A DNA stretch of 64,000 bases from the NCBI GenBank assembly GCA_034520945.1, contig JAXHNB010000009.1:162173-226172 (forward strand). The letters run 5' to 3'. Source of the stretch: Trueperaceae bacterium (lineage in GTDB: Bacteria > Deinococcota > Deinococci > Deinococcales > Trueperaceae). This document shows positions 1 through 9,327 of the stretch, one piece after another. Each line of letters opens with the position of its first letter. Position 1 is the stretch's first letter. A program made the translations under genes and the position numbers. The notes beneath the pieces are model-generated. The model ran no database searches, had not been told where the DNA came from, and saw only the letters and a list, made by a program, of their open reading frames with translations.

Positions 1-172
1 CGATCCAGGCCGCCGTACGGGTCAGCCGGCGGTACCGCCCCGCGAACGCATAATTGACGAGGACCGCGAACAGGATGGCGCCGACGCCGGCACCGCCCAG
101 GTACAGGTCCATGGCGACGCGCCAGTCCCACGCGGGGCCGGATTGGATGTTGAAGACGATCTCAGGATCCAT
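1..172 (-). CDS. NrfD/PsrC-family membrane anchor subunit, 5' part only (runs off window)
   Basis: Not in ORF track. Manual translation from ATG 172 gives MDPEIVFNIQSGPAWDWRVAMDLYLGGAGVGAILFAVL..., matching the W-x-W-x2-A-x2-LxLGG start typical of NrfD. Overlaps the stop of the upstream chaperone gene. Confidence 0.8.
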   Translation of the reverse strand, partial: MDPEIVFNIQSGPAWDWRVAMDLYLGGAGVGAILFAVLVNYAFAGRYRRLTRTAAWI

Positions 173-809
173 GGCGTGCTCCCTCCATCGCGAGGCCGGA
201 GGCCTTCGCGGGTCCGTGCTCGATGAGGGTACGAAGCGTCTCCGCAGCAGCGGCGAAGGCGGGATGGTCGGCGTGTTCGGCCACCGCGGCCGCGAACGCC
301 GGCAACCACGGCATCATCTGGTCGCGCCAGAAGCCATCGAGCTGCGCCAGCGCTTCACCGTCGCCTTCCTCGAGGCCTCGGTAGCCGAGCAGGTAACAGA
401 ACTCCAGTTCGACGGCGACGTGGTCGGGCAACTCGCGTGGACCGTCGGCGGGGCCGAGACCGGCGGCGGCGTAGGCTTTGGCAGCTGCCTGCGCGACCGG
501 CCCCATCATCCCCTGGTCGGTCTCCAGGAACCACGACGCGTACGGCGGAACGCGCACCTCGAAGGGGCCGAGGAACAAACGCGCGTAGCTCCGGGCGAAC
601 GCCTCGCGTTCGCTGGACGCCAGTCGATCGGCGAGCCGCCGCATGCGGACCGCGAGCGCGTCGGTGTCGTCTCCGGCCGCCTGCCGGCAGAGCGCGGCCC
701 GCTCGTCCAGATCGTCGCCAGGAAGGGCGAAGACGCGGGCGAGAGCGCGCGCGGCGTTGCAGAAGCGCACGGTCGTCGCGAGATCAGAAGTCACGGATGT
801 AGAACACAT
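162..809 (-). CDS. TorD/DmsD-family molybdoenzyme maturation chaperone
   Basis: YARLFLGP..VPPYASW and ELPDHVAVELEF motifs; operon context. Confidence 0.9.
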   Translation of the reverse strand: MCSTSVTSDLATTVRFCNAARALARVFALPGDDLDERAALCRQAAGDDTDALAVRMRRLADRLASSEREAFARSYARLFLGPFEVRVPPYASWFLETDQGMMGPVAQAAAKAYAAAGLGPADGPRELPDHVAVELEFCYLLGYRGLEEGDGEALAQLDGFWRDQMMPWLPAFAAAVAEHADHPAFAAAAETLRTLIEHGPAKASGLAMEGARHGS

Positions 810-1722
810 TGGGACGGGTTCCCTTTTCCGGGTTCAGCACCCGATGGCTGTGCGTGGCGAGCGCCTGCGATACGGCACTGTCTGGATCGTTGAGATCGCC
901 GAAGATCCTGGCGTCGGCGGGGCACGCCTCGACGCACGCCGGAACGTCACCCTGGACGAGCCGGTGGTCGCACATGGTGCACTTCTCCACGATGCCCTTG
1001 GGGCGAACGCCGGGCAGCGTGGCTTCGCGCCCCGGATTGTAGACGGGAAGCGGCACGCCGGCCGCTTCGGCGACCTCCTCGCCCGTGCTGGTCACGCCGG
1101 CGATCGCTGCGCGGCCTTGGTACAGCACGTCGGCGTGCGGTTCGCCCTTGTTGTAGTAAATGGCGCCGTAGGGGCAGGCGACCTGGCAGGCGCGGCAGCC
1201 GATGCACTTGTCGGCGTCGTGCATGGTGAGCCCATCCTCGGTCTTGTGCATCGCCGTGGTCGGGCAGTTGGCCACGCAGGGCGCGTCGGCGCAGTGGTTG
1301 CACATGGTCGGGACGTAGCGCCACTGCGTGTCGGGGAACGTGCCGCGGGTCTCGAGCATGTGGTTGGACCATGCGAACGAGTGGGGGACGTTGTTCTCGC
1401 GCTTGCAGGCGATGTCGCAGCCGGAACAGCCGACGCAGCGGTGGAGATCGATCACCATCCCCCAGCGACGCTCACGCTTCGGCTTGTCCAGCGAGCGTTG
1501 CACGTCGCGACGCATGCGCGTGACCATGTCGTCGTCGCCGACCTCCATCGCGGGGTCGAAGGTCGCCCCGGCCTCGTCCTGCGCCTGGGCGTGGGTCCCT
1601 GCCACCACCGCGCCGGCCACCGCAGCCGTCGCGGCGTTCGCGAAGAACGCCCTGCGGTCGACCTTGGCCTCTGGCCCCGAACGGTCGCCGGTCGTGTCGT
1701 TGCGTTCGTGTTCTGCCGCCAT
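784..1722 (-). CDS. Tat-exported 4Fe-4S dicluster protein (TtrB/NrfC/DmsB-like)
   Basis: DRRAFF twin-arginine signal; CVGCSGCDIAC, CNHCADAPCVANCP, CIGCRACQVACP, KCTMC..PACVEACP; C-terminal GTRPNVFYI. Confidence 0.92.
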   Translation of the reverse strand: MAAEHERNDTTGDRSGPEAKVDRRAFFANAATAAVAGAVVAGTHAQAQDEAGATFDPAMEVGDDDMVTRMRRDVQRSLDKPKRERRWGMVIDLHRCVGCSGCDIACKRENNVPHSFAWSNHMLETRGTFPDTQWRYVPTMCNHCADAPCVANCPTTAMHKTEDGLTMHDADKCIGCRACQVACPYGAIYYNKGEPHADVLYQGRAAIAGVTSTGEEVAEAAGVPLPVYNPGREATLPGVRPKGIVEKCTMCDHRLVQGDVPACVEACPADARIFGDLNDPDSAVSQALATHSHRVLNPEKGTRPNVFYIRDF

Positions 1723-1849
1723 AGCATGGTCCTTTCCACTCGACGAGATATCTCCTCGAGCATGTGCCAGGGCTCACGAGGTTGCTAGGGACGCTCGTCC
1801 CCGCGCACACGCTCGGTCGTGGGCCACGTCATGGGGCGGCGCGGAGGTC

Positions 1850-2077
1850 GAGGGTACGCTGTACCCGATGCTCCACGGGCTCGAGCGCGAGGGGTTGCTG
1901 CGCGGCGACGTGCGCGTCGTGGGCGGTCATCAGCGCAAGGAGTACCGGCTCACGCCCGAGGGGGCCCGCACGCTCGACGCCGCCCGCGCACACCTTCACG
2001 ATCTCGCCGGCGAGGTGCTGCACGGCGAGGGACCGGCGACGATCCGCGACGAACAACGAACGGACGATGATGGCTGA
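1850..2077 (+). pseudogene. PadR-family regulator, C-terminal part only
   Basis: GTLYPMLHGLEREGLL...RKEYRLTPEG winged-helix signature; no recognisable PadR N-terminal helices or good start upstream; overlaps the permease start. Confidence 0.65.
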
Positions 2078-3374
2078 GGACAGCGAGGCAACGGGCCGGC
2101 TGCGGCGCGAGGTGGGGACCTTCGGCGCGGTGATGATGGGGCTGGGCAGCATCGTCGGCACCGGCGTGTTCGTCTCGATCGGCGTCGCCGCCGGCATCGC
2201 CGGCCCCTCCGTGGTGCTGGCGATCGCGATCGGCGCGATGGTCGCGACCTTCAACGGCCTCTCCAGCGCCCAGCTGGCCGCCGCCCATCCCGTCTCGGGC
2301 GGCACCTACGAGTACGGCTACCGCTTCCTGACCCCCCGCTTCGGCTTCACCGCCGGCTGGACGTTCCTGCTGGCCAAGAGCGCCTCCGCCGCGACCGCCG
2401 CGCTCGGCTTCGCCGGCTACGTGTTGGGCGCCTTCGGGGTCGCAGCCCGCGCCCCGCTGGTGCCCCTAGCCGTGGTGCTGATCGCCGCCCTGACCGCCGT
2501 CGTGCTGGCCGGGATCCGCCGCTCCAACGCCACCAACATCGCCATCGTCACCATCACGCTCGCCAGCCTGGCGTTCTTCGTGCTGGCCGGATTGCCGAGC
2601 CTGGTCGAACGCGGCGGCGCCGCCTTCGTGCCGTTCTTCGATCCGGAGCCGGGCCGCGGCGGGCTGCCTGCGCTGCTGTACGCCTCGGCGCTGATGTTCG
2701 TCGCCTACACCGGCTACGGACGCATCGCCACCCTCGGGGAGGAGGTACGCGACCCGGCCCGCACCATCCCGCGCGCCGTGGTGGCGGCCCTGCTGGTGGT
2801 GATGGCGCTGTACGCCGCCGTGGCGTTGGTCGGGGTCGGCACCGCCGGCACCGACGCGCTCTCCGCGGTGGAGGCGCGCACCGCGCCGCTCGAGACGGCG
2901 GCACGGGGGTTCGGCGTGCCCTTCGCGCCGCAGGTGCTGGCGATCGGGGCGGTCACCGCCATGGTGGGCGTGCTGCTCAACCTGATCCTCGGCCTGTCGC
3001 GTGTGCTGCTGGCAATGGGACGACGCCGGGACGTGCCGGCCATGTTCGGGCGCGTGAACGAGGCCGGCACCACCCCCGTCCCCGCCGTCGTCGCGGTCGG
3101 CCTCTTGATCGCAGGGCTGGCCCTGCTGGGCGACGTGCGCGTCACCTGGTCGTTCAGCGCCTTCACCGTGCTGGTGTACTACGCGATCACCAACCTGGCG
3201 GCGCTTCGGCTACCGCCCGAGATGCGCCGCTTCCCGCGCTGGGTGTCGATCGCCGGACTCGCCTCCTGCCTGACCCTGGCGTTCTTCGTCGATCCCCCGG
3301 TGCTGATCGTGGGCACGGGGCTGCTGGCCGCCGGGTTGGTCTGGCACGAGGCGGCACGGCGCGTACGTGGCTGA
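2067..3374 (+). CDS. APC-family amino acid permease
   Basis: GSIVGTGVF, SGGTYEY, AYTGYGRIATLGEEVRDP motifs; ~12 hydrophobic segments; start moved to ATG 2067. Confidence 0.9.
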   Translation: MMAEDSEATGRLRREVGTFGAVMMGLGSIVGTGVFVSIGVAAGIAGPSVVLAIAIGAMVATFNGLSSAQLAAAHPVSGGTYEYGYRFLTPRFGFTAGWTFLLAKSASAATAALGFAGYVLGAFGVAARAPLVPLAVVLIAALTAVVLAGIRRSNATNIAIVTITLASLAFFVLAGLPSLVERGGAAFVPFFDPEPGRGGLPALLYASALMFVAYTGYGRIATLGEEVRDPARTIPRAVVAALLVVMALYAAVALVGVGTAGTDALSAVEARTAPLETAARGFGVPFAPQVLAIGAVTAMVGVLLNLILGLSRVLLAMGRRRDVPAMFGRVNEAGTTPVPAVVAVGLLIAGLALLGDVRVTWSFSAFTVLVYYAITNLAALRLPPEMRRFPRWVSIAGLASCLTLAFFVDPPVLIVGTGLLAAGLVWHEAARRVRG

Positions 3375-3395
3375 ACGCAGGCAGCGGGTCCGGGC

Positions 3396-4646
3396 TCAAC
3401 TCCGCTCGAACACGGTGGCGTTGGCCATCCCGCCGCCCTCGCACATCACCTGCACCCCCAGCGCGCCGCCGCGGTCGCTCAACGCGTGCAGCAGCGTGGT
3501 ACTGAGCTTCGCGCCCGACGCGCCGAGCGGGTGCCCGTTGGCGATGGCGCCGCCCCGCACGTTCACACGCGCGGGGTCGGCCCCGGTCTCCGCCAGCCAG
3601 GCCAGCACCACCGGCGCGAACGCCTCGTTCACCTCGAACAGGTCGACGTCATGGACGTCCAGCCCGGCACGGGCCAGCACGCGGCGGGTGGCCGGGATCA
3701 CGCCGGTCAGGTTCAGAATCGGATCGCTGCCGACCGCCACGGAGGCGCGCACGCGGGCCAGCGGCGTGCGGCCTTCGGCCTGCGCGCGCTCGCGCGACAT
3801 GACGAGCAGGGCCGCCGCGCCGTCGGCCAGTTGCGAGGCGTTGCCGGCGTGCACGCGCCACTGCGCCTCGGGGAAGCGCCGTTCCCAGTGCGCCTCTCGG
3901 AAGGCGGGTTCCAGGGAGGCCAGCGCCTCGGGGGTGGTCTCGGGGCGGACGCCCTCGTCGCCCCTCAGCATGTCGCCGGTCGGCCCGTCGCCCCGGTCCA
4001 CCGCCAGGGGGAGAAGCTCTGCCTCGACGGCGCCCGACGCGGCCGCGGCCGCCGCCCGCCGGTGCGAGCCGGCGGCCCAGGCGTCCAGCTCCGCGCGCCC
4101 CAAATCCCAGCGGGCGGCGATCAGCTCGGCCGAGACGCCCTGCGGCACCAGGCCACCCGGGTAGCGTTCCGCGATGCGTGGGCCGTAGGGGTCGGCCCCG
4201 GCCGCGGCGGAGCCCATCGGCACGCGGGACATCGACTCGACGCCGCCGACCAGCACCGCGTCCTGGTCGCCGGCCCGGATCGCCTGCGCGGCGAACGCCA
4301 ACGCCTGTTGCGAGGACCCGCACTGGCGGTCGAGGGTGGCGGCCGGCACCGCTTCGGGCAGCCCCGCCGCAAGCGCCGCGTTGCGCGCCAGGTTGAACGA
4401 CTGCTCGCCCGCCTGCCCCACGCACCCGACCAGCACGTCGTCCAGGGCGGCGTCCCGGCCGTCCGGGGCGTAGCCGGCCCGCGCAAGCGCGGCGCGCAGC
4501 GCCTCGGCGGCGAGGTCGACGGGGTGCCAGCCGTGCAGCGCGCCGCCGGGCTTGTCGCGCCGGGCGGGACGGCCCTTGGCGGTGGGGGTCCGCACGGCGG
4601 AGACCAGCACGGCGTCGCGCGACCCGGGGGGAGGAACGGCGCTCAT
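3396..4646 (-). CDS. Thiolase (acetyl-CoA C-acyltransferase)
   Basis: AVRTP, DRQCGSS, NEAFA, GHPLGASG, MCEGGG motifs; ATG 4646 overlaps upstream stop. Confidence 0.93.
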   Translation of the reverse strand: MSAVPPPGSRDAVLVSAVRTPTAKGRPARRDKPGGALHGWHPVDLAAEALRAALARAGYAPDGRDAALDDVLVGCVGQAGEQSFNLARNAALAAGLPEAVPAATLDRQCGSSQQALAFAAQAIRAGDQDAVLVGGVESMSRVPMGSAAAGADPYGPRIAERYPGGLVPQGVSAELIAARWDLGRAELDAWAAGSHRRAAAAAASGAVEAELLPLAVDRGDGPTGDMLRGDEGVRPETTPEALASLEPAFREAHWERRFPEAQWRVHAGNASQLADGAAALLVMSRERAQAEGRTPLARVRASVAVGSDPILNLTGVIPATRRVLARAGLDVHDVDLFEVNEAFAPVVLAWLAETGADPARVNVRGGAIANGHPLGASGAKLSTTLLHALSDRGGALGVQVMCEGGGMANATVFERS

Positions 4647-5953
4647 GGTGCCGCCCCGCCGTCCACGCGCCGCAGGCCACACCAGCCGGCCATGAAGCGG
4701 GCCAGCACCCGGGTCACCTGGTGCACGCTCTCCAGGTCGACCGACTCGTCGAGCCCGTGGATGGCGCGGGCCTCCGGGCCGTAGCAGGTGGTGGGAATGC
4801 CGTGATGGCCCAGGATCCGCGCGTCGGTGGTGGCGGTGCTGGCCAGCGCCTCGGGCGTGCCGCCCACGGTCCGGCGGTGCGCCTCCGCCAGCGCCGGCAG
4901 CGGCGGCGCGTCCCAGGCGATGGTGTAGGGCTCGGCGTGGAACCCGACCCACGCCAGGGTGGGCGGCTGGTGGCGCAGCACCGGGTGGTCGGCCGCGAAC
5001 GCGGCGATCCGCTCGGTGACGGTGCGCTTCATCTCGTCCGCGGAGGTGCCCGGGTAGAGCCCGACCCGCATTTCGAAGGTGCAGGAGGCCGGCACGGAGG
5101 AGGGCCACTCACCCCCCTCGATGCGTCCGACGTTGAAGTTGATGGGGTGCACCGCGTCGCGGTACGCCTCGGGCCGCGCCTCGGGCCGGTTCATGTCGGC
5201 CTCGAGGGTGCGCAGGTCGTCGATGACCGCCCAGGCCAGTTGGATGGCGTCCGCGCCGGCGGTCGCCTCCAGCACGTGCGTCGGCCGGCCCTGCACGGTG
5301 ACGCGAAGCCACAGCACGCCCAGTTGCGCAATCAGAAGCGTGTGGTCGAACGGCTCGGGAATCACGGCGGCGTCGGCGCGGTAGCCGCGCTGGACCGTGG
5401 CCAACGCCCCGTTGCCGCTGCATTCCTCCTCGATCACGCTTTGCAGCGTGACGTCGGCGGCGGGTGCGAAGCCGGCGTGGCGCAGCGCGCGGTAGGCGAA
5501 CAGGTTGGCGGCCAACCCGGCCTTCATGTCGCCCGCGCCGCGACCGTACATGCGGCCCTCACGCACGACCGGCTCGAACGGCGGCGTGCGCCACGCCGCC
5601 TCGGGCCCGGCCGGCACCACGTCCACGTGCCCGTTCAGGATCAGTGAGCGCCCCGCGGGCGAAGGGGCACGGTGCACGCCCACCACCAGCGGGCGTTCCT
5701 CACTGGCCCAGTCCACCGGCGAGTAGCCCGCCATGTCGCGCAGGTCGTCCCAGCGGGCGTCCCAGGCGTCCACCTCCAGGCCGGCGCCTTCGAACGCGTC
5801 GGCCATGCGGCGCTGAATGCCGGCCTCCTGCCCCAGCACGCTGGGGAAGCGCACCAGCTCGGTCAGGAAGGCGGTGCGCTCCTCGCGCAGCTCCTCCACC
5901 GCCTGGTCCACGTCGGCGAGGGCCGCCTCGTCGACCCGTGTCGCGTCAGCCAT
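4643..5953 (-). CDS. ArgE/DapE-family (M20) deacylase
   Basis: LNGHVDVVP, GRGAGDMKAG, EEECSGNG, IHGLDE metal-binding motifs. Confidence 0.92.
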   Translation of the reverse strand: MADATRVDEAALADVDQAVEELREERTAFLTELVRFPSVLGQEAGIQRRMADAFEGAGLEVDAWDARWDDLRDMAGYSPVDWASEERPLVVGVHRAPSPAGRSLILNGHVDVVPAGPEAAWRTPPFEPVVREGRMYGRGAGDMKAGLAANLFAYRALRHAGFAPAADVTLQSVIEEECSGNGALATVQRGYRADAAVIPEPFDHTLLIAQLGVLWLRVTVQGRPTHVLEATAGADAIQLAWAVIDDLRTLEADMNRPEARPEAYRDAVHPINFNVGRIEGGEWPSSVPASCTFEMRVGLYPGTSADEMKRTVTERIAAFAADHPVLRHQPPTLAWVGFHAEPYTIAWDAPPLPALAEAHRRTVGGTPEALASTATTDARILGHHGIPTTCYGPEARAIHGLDESVDLESVHQVTRVLARFMAGWCGLRRVDGGAAP

Positions 5954-6656
5954 CGTGCGCTCCTTCCTCTGAAGATTCGGCGCGCGCGCCGCGCCAGGGG
6001 CACACCTCCGAGGCGTCGACCTCGGCGCCGGTGGCGGCCCGGAGCTCCTCCAACGTGATCCCGGGCGCGAGCTCGAGAAGCCGGAAGCGGTCGCCGGCGG
6101 GCGCCAGCACCGCCCGCTCCGTGACGATGCGCGTCACCGCGGCCCGGGCGGTGCGCGGCAGCGTGCAGCGCTCGACCAGCTTGGGCGCGCCGTTCCGGTC
6201 GGTGTGTAGGGTGGTGATGATCACGCGCGGCACCTTCTGCGCCAGCTCCATCGCCCCGCCGACGCCGGGCGCGGCGCGGCCGGGCACGCGCCAGTTGGCC
6301 AGGTCGCCCCGGACGTCCACCTCGAACGCGCCGAGGATGCACACCCCGACCCGCCCGCCGCGCACCAGCGCGAACGAGGTGACGCTGTCCAGGTAGGCCG
6401 CGCCCGGAAGGACCGTGACGTACCGGCCGCCGGCGTCGATCAGGTCGGGGTCCTCGGCGCCGGGCGCGGCGGCCGGGCCCATGCCCAGGATGCCGTTCTC
6501 GGCGTGGACACGGACCGTACCGTCCTGCGGCAGGTGCGCGCCGACCTCGGTCGGCAGCCCGATGCCGAGGTTCACCACATTGCCGGACGCGACCTCCAAC
6601 GCGGCGCGGGCGGCGATGCGCGCGCGGGCGGCGGCGCGCGAATCGGGCGGGGTCAC
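5946..6656 (-). CDS. 3-oxoacid CoA-transferase subunit B
   Basis: VNLGIGLP, HAENG (catalytic Glu), GDLANW, GVGGAMEL; GTG 6656 overlaps upstream stop. Confidence 0.9.
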   Translation of the reverse strand: MTPPDSRAAARARIAARAALEVASGNVVNLGIGLPTEVGAHLPQDGTVRVHAENGILGMGPAAAPGAEDPDLIDAGGRYVTVLPGAAYLDSVTSFALVRGGRVGVCILGAFEVDVRGDLANWRVPGRAAPGVGGAMELAQKVPRVIITTLHTDRNGAPKLVERCTLPRTARAAVTRIVTERAVLAPAGDRFRLLELAPGITLEELRAATGAEVDASEVCPWRGARAESSEEGAHDG

Positions 6657-7378
6657 GGCCGCTCCCCGCGCCGGATGCGGGCGGCCTTGGTGCCGGGGTC
6701 GAAGCCCTCCGGCACCGCAATCACCGCGTCCACGAACGCGCCGGGGGTTACCACGTGATCGGGATCCAACGGCTCGTCGGACAACGCGTCCACCTCGACC
6801 CACACCCGCTCGGCGGCCGTCGCCATCAGCGGCGCGAAGTTGCGAGCCGTGGCGCGGTAGCTCAGGTTGCCGGCGCGATCGCCGCGGTGCGCGTGGACCA
6901 GGGCCACGTCGGCCCGCATCGCCGGCTCGATCGTGAACGTGCGGCCGCGCCAGGTCACGACCTCGCGCGGCTCCGGCGTGTCCGGCAGCAACTCCGGATC
7001 CAGGTCGCCGAGGAAGGCCGGTAGACCCGCCCCGCCGCAACGGATGCGTTCGGCCAGCACCCCCTGCGGGTGGATCTCCACCTCGATGCGTCCTTCGTTC
7101 CAGGCGGCCACCGCCTCGCGGTTGAGGCCGATGTGCGACGCGATCAGGCGACGAATGCGCCCCTCGGCCAGCAGGCGCCCCACCCCCATGCCGGGCTCGT
7201 TGGCGTCGTTCTTGATGACGGTGAGATCCCCCCCGCCGAAGCGCGCCAGGGCGTCCAGGAGCAGGAACGGCGTGCCCGGCTCGCCGAACCCGGAGACCAT
7301 GACCCGAGCGCCATCGGGGACCTCGCGGGCCAGCGCCTCCGCCTGCGCCTGCGCCTGCTCGGCCGCCGCCGTGATCAC
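6653..7378 (-). CDS. 3-oxoacid CoA-transferase subunit A
   Basis: VSGFG..GTP, PQGVLAERIRCGGAGLPAF, ARNFAPLMATAA; GTG 7378 overlaps upstream stop. Confidence 0.9.
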   Translation of the reverse strand: MITAAAEQAQAQAEALAREVPDGARVMVSGFGEPGTPFLLLDALARFGGGDLTVIKNDANEPGMGVGRLLAEGRIRRLIASHIGLNREAVAAWNEGRIEVEIHPQGVLAERIRCGGAGLPAFLGDLDPELLPDTPEPREVVTWRGRTFTIEPAMRADVALVHAHRGDRAGNLSYRATARNFAPLMATAAERVWVEVDALSDEPLDPDHVVTPGAFVDAVIAVPEGFDPGTKAARIRRGERP

Positions 7379-8718
7379 GCGGCAACCCCGAGGTCGGCCT
7401 CGGCCCGCGCCAGGGTGCGGTCCAAGCGCGCCAACAGCTCCTCCACCTCGTGCTCCGCGATGGTGAGGGGGGGCGCCACCAGCACGTGGTCGCCCGACAG
7501 CCCGCCGCCACCCCGGCGCGGGTACAACAACAGGCCCTCCTCCGCCGCCGCCAGCGTGACGCGTTGCGCCACGTTCTGAGAGAACGGAAACGGGGCGCGC
7601 CCTGTGCGGTCGGCGACGAACTCCAGGCCCCACAGCATCCCCTTGCCGCGCACGTCGCCGATCATGGGATGCCGGTCGGCCAGGTGGCGCAGGGACCGCC
7701 CCAATTCCTCGCCCACCGTGGCGGCGCGAATGATCAGCCCCTCCTGCTCGATCACCTCGAAGACGGCCAGCCCCACGGCGCACGACAGCGGGTTGCCGGC
7801 GTAGGAGAAGCCGTGCGGGAAACTGCCGGCGTCCAGCACCGTCTCCGCCATCTCGTCACGGCACACCACCGCCCCCAGCGGGGTGTAGCCCGCACCCAGC
7901 CCCTTCGACAACGCCAGGATGTCGGGCTGCGCATCCGGCTCCCAGTGCTGGTAGGCGCAATACGCGCCGGTGCGGGCCGAGCCGGTCATGACCTCGTCGT
8001 AGATCAGCAGAATGCCGTGCCGGCGCGCGATCTCGGTGATCTTCGCGAAGTAGTCATCGGGCGGCACGGTCGCGCCGGTGGCGGCGCCGCCGATCGGTTC
8101 CAGCACGAAGGCGGCGACGGTGGACGGGTCCAGCGATTGCAGGACGCGCTCCAGGTCCTCGGCGCAGGCGAGCCCGCACGACGGCCATTCGAGCCCGAAC
8201 GGGCAGTGATAGCAGGTCGGCGCGGTGACGTAGTTCGGCTCGACCATCATCGGGGCGTAGCCGTCGGTCAGCGGCCGATAGCCGGTCGCCGCCAGCGCGC
8301 CGAGGGTAGCGCCGTGATAGCTGGGGAAACGGCTCACGATGCGGTAGCGGCGATCGTCGCCGCGGGCGGCGTGGTAGCTGCGGGCCAGCTTGATCGCCGT
8401 CTCGACCGCCTCGGAGCCGCCGGAGACGAAGAACACGCGGTCCAGGCCTTGGGAGAGCTGCGCGCCCAGGCGTGCGGCGAAGGTGCGGGCCGGCTCGTTC
8501 TCGAACTGGGTGCGGTACGCGAAGGTGACCTTCTCGGCCTGGCGTCGCATCGCGTCCAACACATGGGGGTGGGCGTGCCCTACGGTGGCGACCACCGCCC
8601 CGGAGCAGCCGTCGAGGTAGCGACGACCGTCCTGGTCGATCAGCCACACGCCCTCGCCGCGATCGACGGTGGGGAGGGCGGCACGCGTCTGATAGAAGAG
8701 GGGGTTCCGTGCGGACAT
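7375..8718 (-). CDS. Class III PLP-dependent aminotransferase
   Basis: GRRYLD, SGGSEAVE, SYHGAT, DEVMTG..RTG, LSKGLGAGY (PLP Lys). Confidence 0.93.
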   Translation of the reverse strand: MSARNPLFYQTRAALPTVDRGEGVWLIDQDGRRYLDGCSGAVVATVGHAHPHVLDAMRRQAEKVTFAYRTQFENEPARTFAARLGAQLSQGLDRVFFVSGGSEAVETAIKLARSYHAARGDDRRYRIVSRFPSYHGATLGALAATGYRPLTDGYAPMMVEPNYVTAPTCYHCPFGLEWPSCGLACAEDLERVLQSLDPSTVAAFVLEPIGGAATGATVPPDDYFAKITEIARRHGILLIYDEVMTGSARTGAYCAYQHWEPDAQPDILALSKGLGAGYTPLGAVVCRDEMAETVLDAGSFPHGFSYAGNPLSCAVGLAVFEVIEQEGLIIRAATVGEELGRSLRHLADRHPMIGDVRGKGMLWGLEFVADRTGRAPFPFSQNVAQRVTLAAAEEGLLLYPRRGGGGLSGDHVLVAPPLTIAEHEVEELLARLDRTLARAEADLGVAA

Positions 8719-8909
8719 GCCCGCACTCTACGGCCTCGTACGGTCGGCGGGGCAAGGGGCGTCGGCGCGGCGTCCGTTCGCGACCCGGCCGGCGTATGCG
8801 CCCGCGTACGCTCGGCCGGGGAGGTAGGGGCGCCCGACCGGAACTTCGGGGTCTACAGCGCGTTCGTGTCGGGCGACCAGTGGGTGGGGCCGGTGGTCGC
8901 CGGCGCACG

Positions 8910-8940
8910 AAAAACAGGCGCCCGGTCGGAACCGGACGCC
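8910..8940 (-). terminator. Intrinsic terminator of csp
   Basis: Minus strand GGCGTCCGGT-TCCG-ACCGGGCGCC hairpin followed by TGTTTTT, 25 nt after the csp stop. Confidence 0.75.
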
Positions 8941-8964
8941 CGCAGATTCAGCTGGCGCTTTCGT

Positions 8965-9204
8965 TCAGAAACGAGAGCTGCCGCCGCCAGCGGGGGCTTG
9001 GCGCGTCACGGAGACGTTCGACGCTTGCAGGCCCTTCTGGCCCTGCTCGACGTCGAATTCGACCTCGTCGCCTTCGTTGAGGTTGCGGTACCCGGATCCC
9101 TCGATCGCTGAGAAATGGACGAATACGTCCGAGGATCCGTCAGCCTGCTCGATGAAGCCGTAGCCCTTCTCGCTGCTGAACCACTTGACTTTGCCTGTTG
9201 CCAT
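8965..9204 (-). CDS. Cold-shock protein (CspA family)
   Basis: [27 protein letters not shown] (RNP1/RNP2); AAGGA RBS before ATG 9204. Confidence 0.96.
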   Translation of the reverse strand: MATGKVKWFSSEKGYGFIEQADGSSDVFVHFSAIEGSGYRNLNEGDEVEFDVEQGQKGLQASNVSVTRQAPAGGGSSRF

Positions 9205-9327
9205 GTTCAGTATCCTTACCTGCTTGCCACGCGGAGCGTGGCGACGCTCACGTGCCGGGCGAAGACCCGGCGTCTTGCTCCGAAGATGTTCCGGAACATG
9301 GATAGGATACGCCACCAGCGGCCCCGT

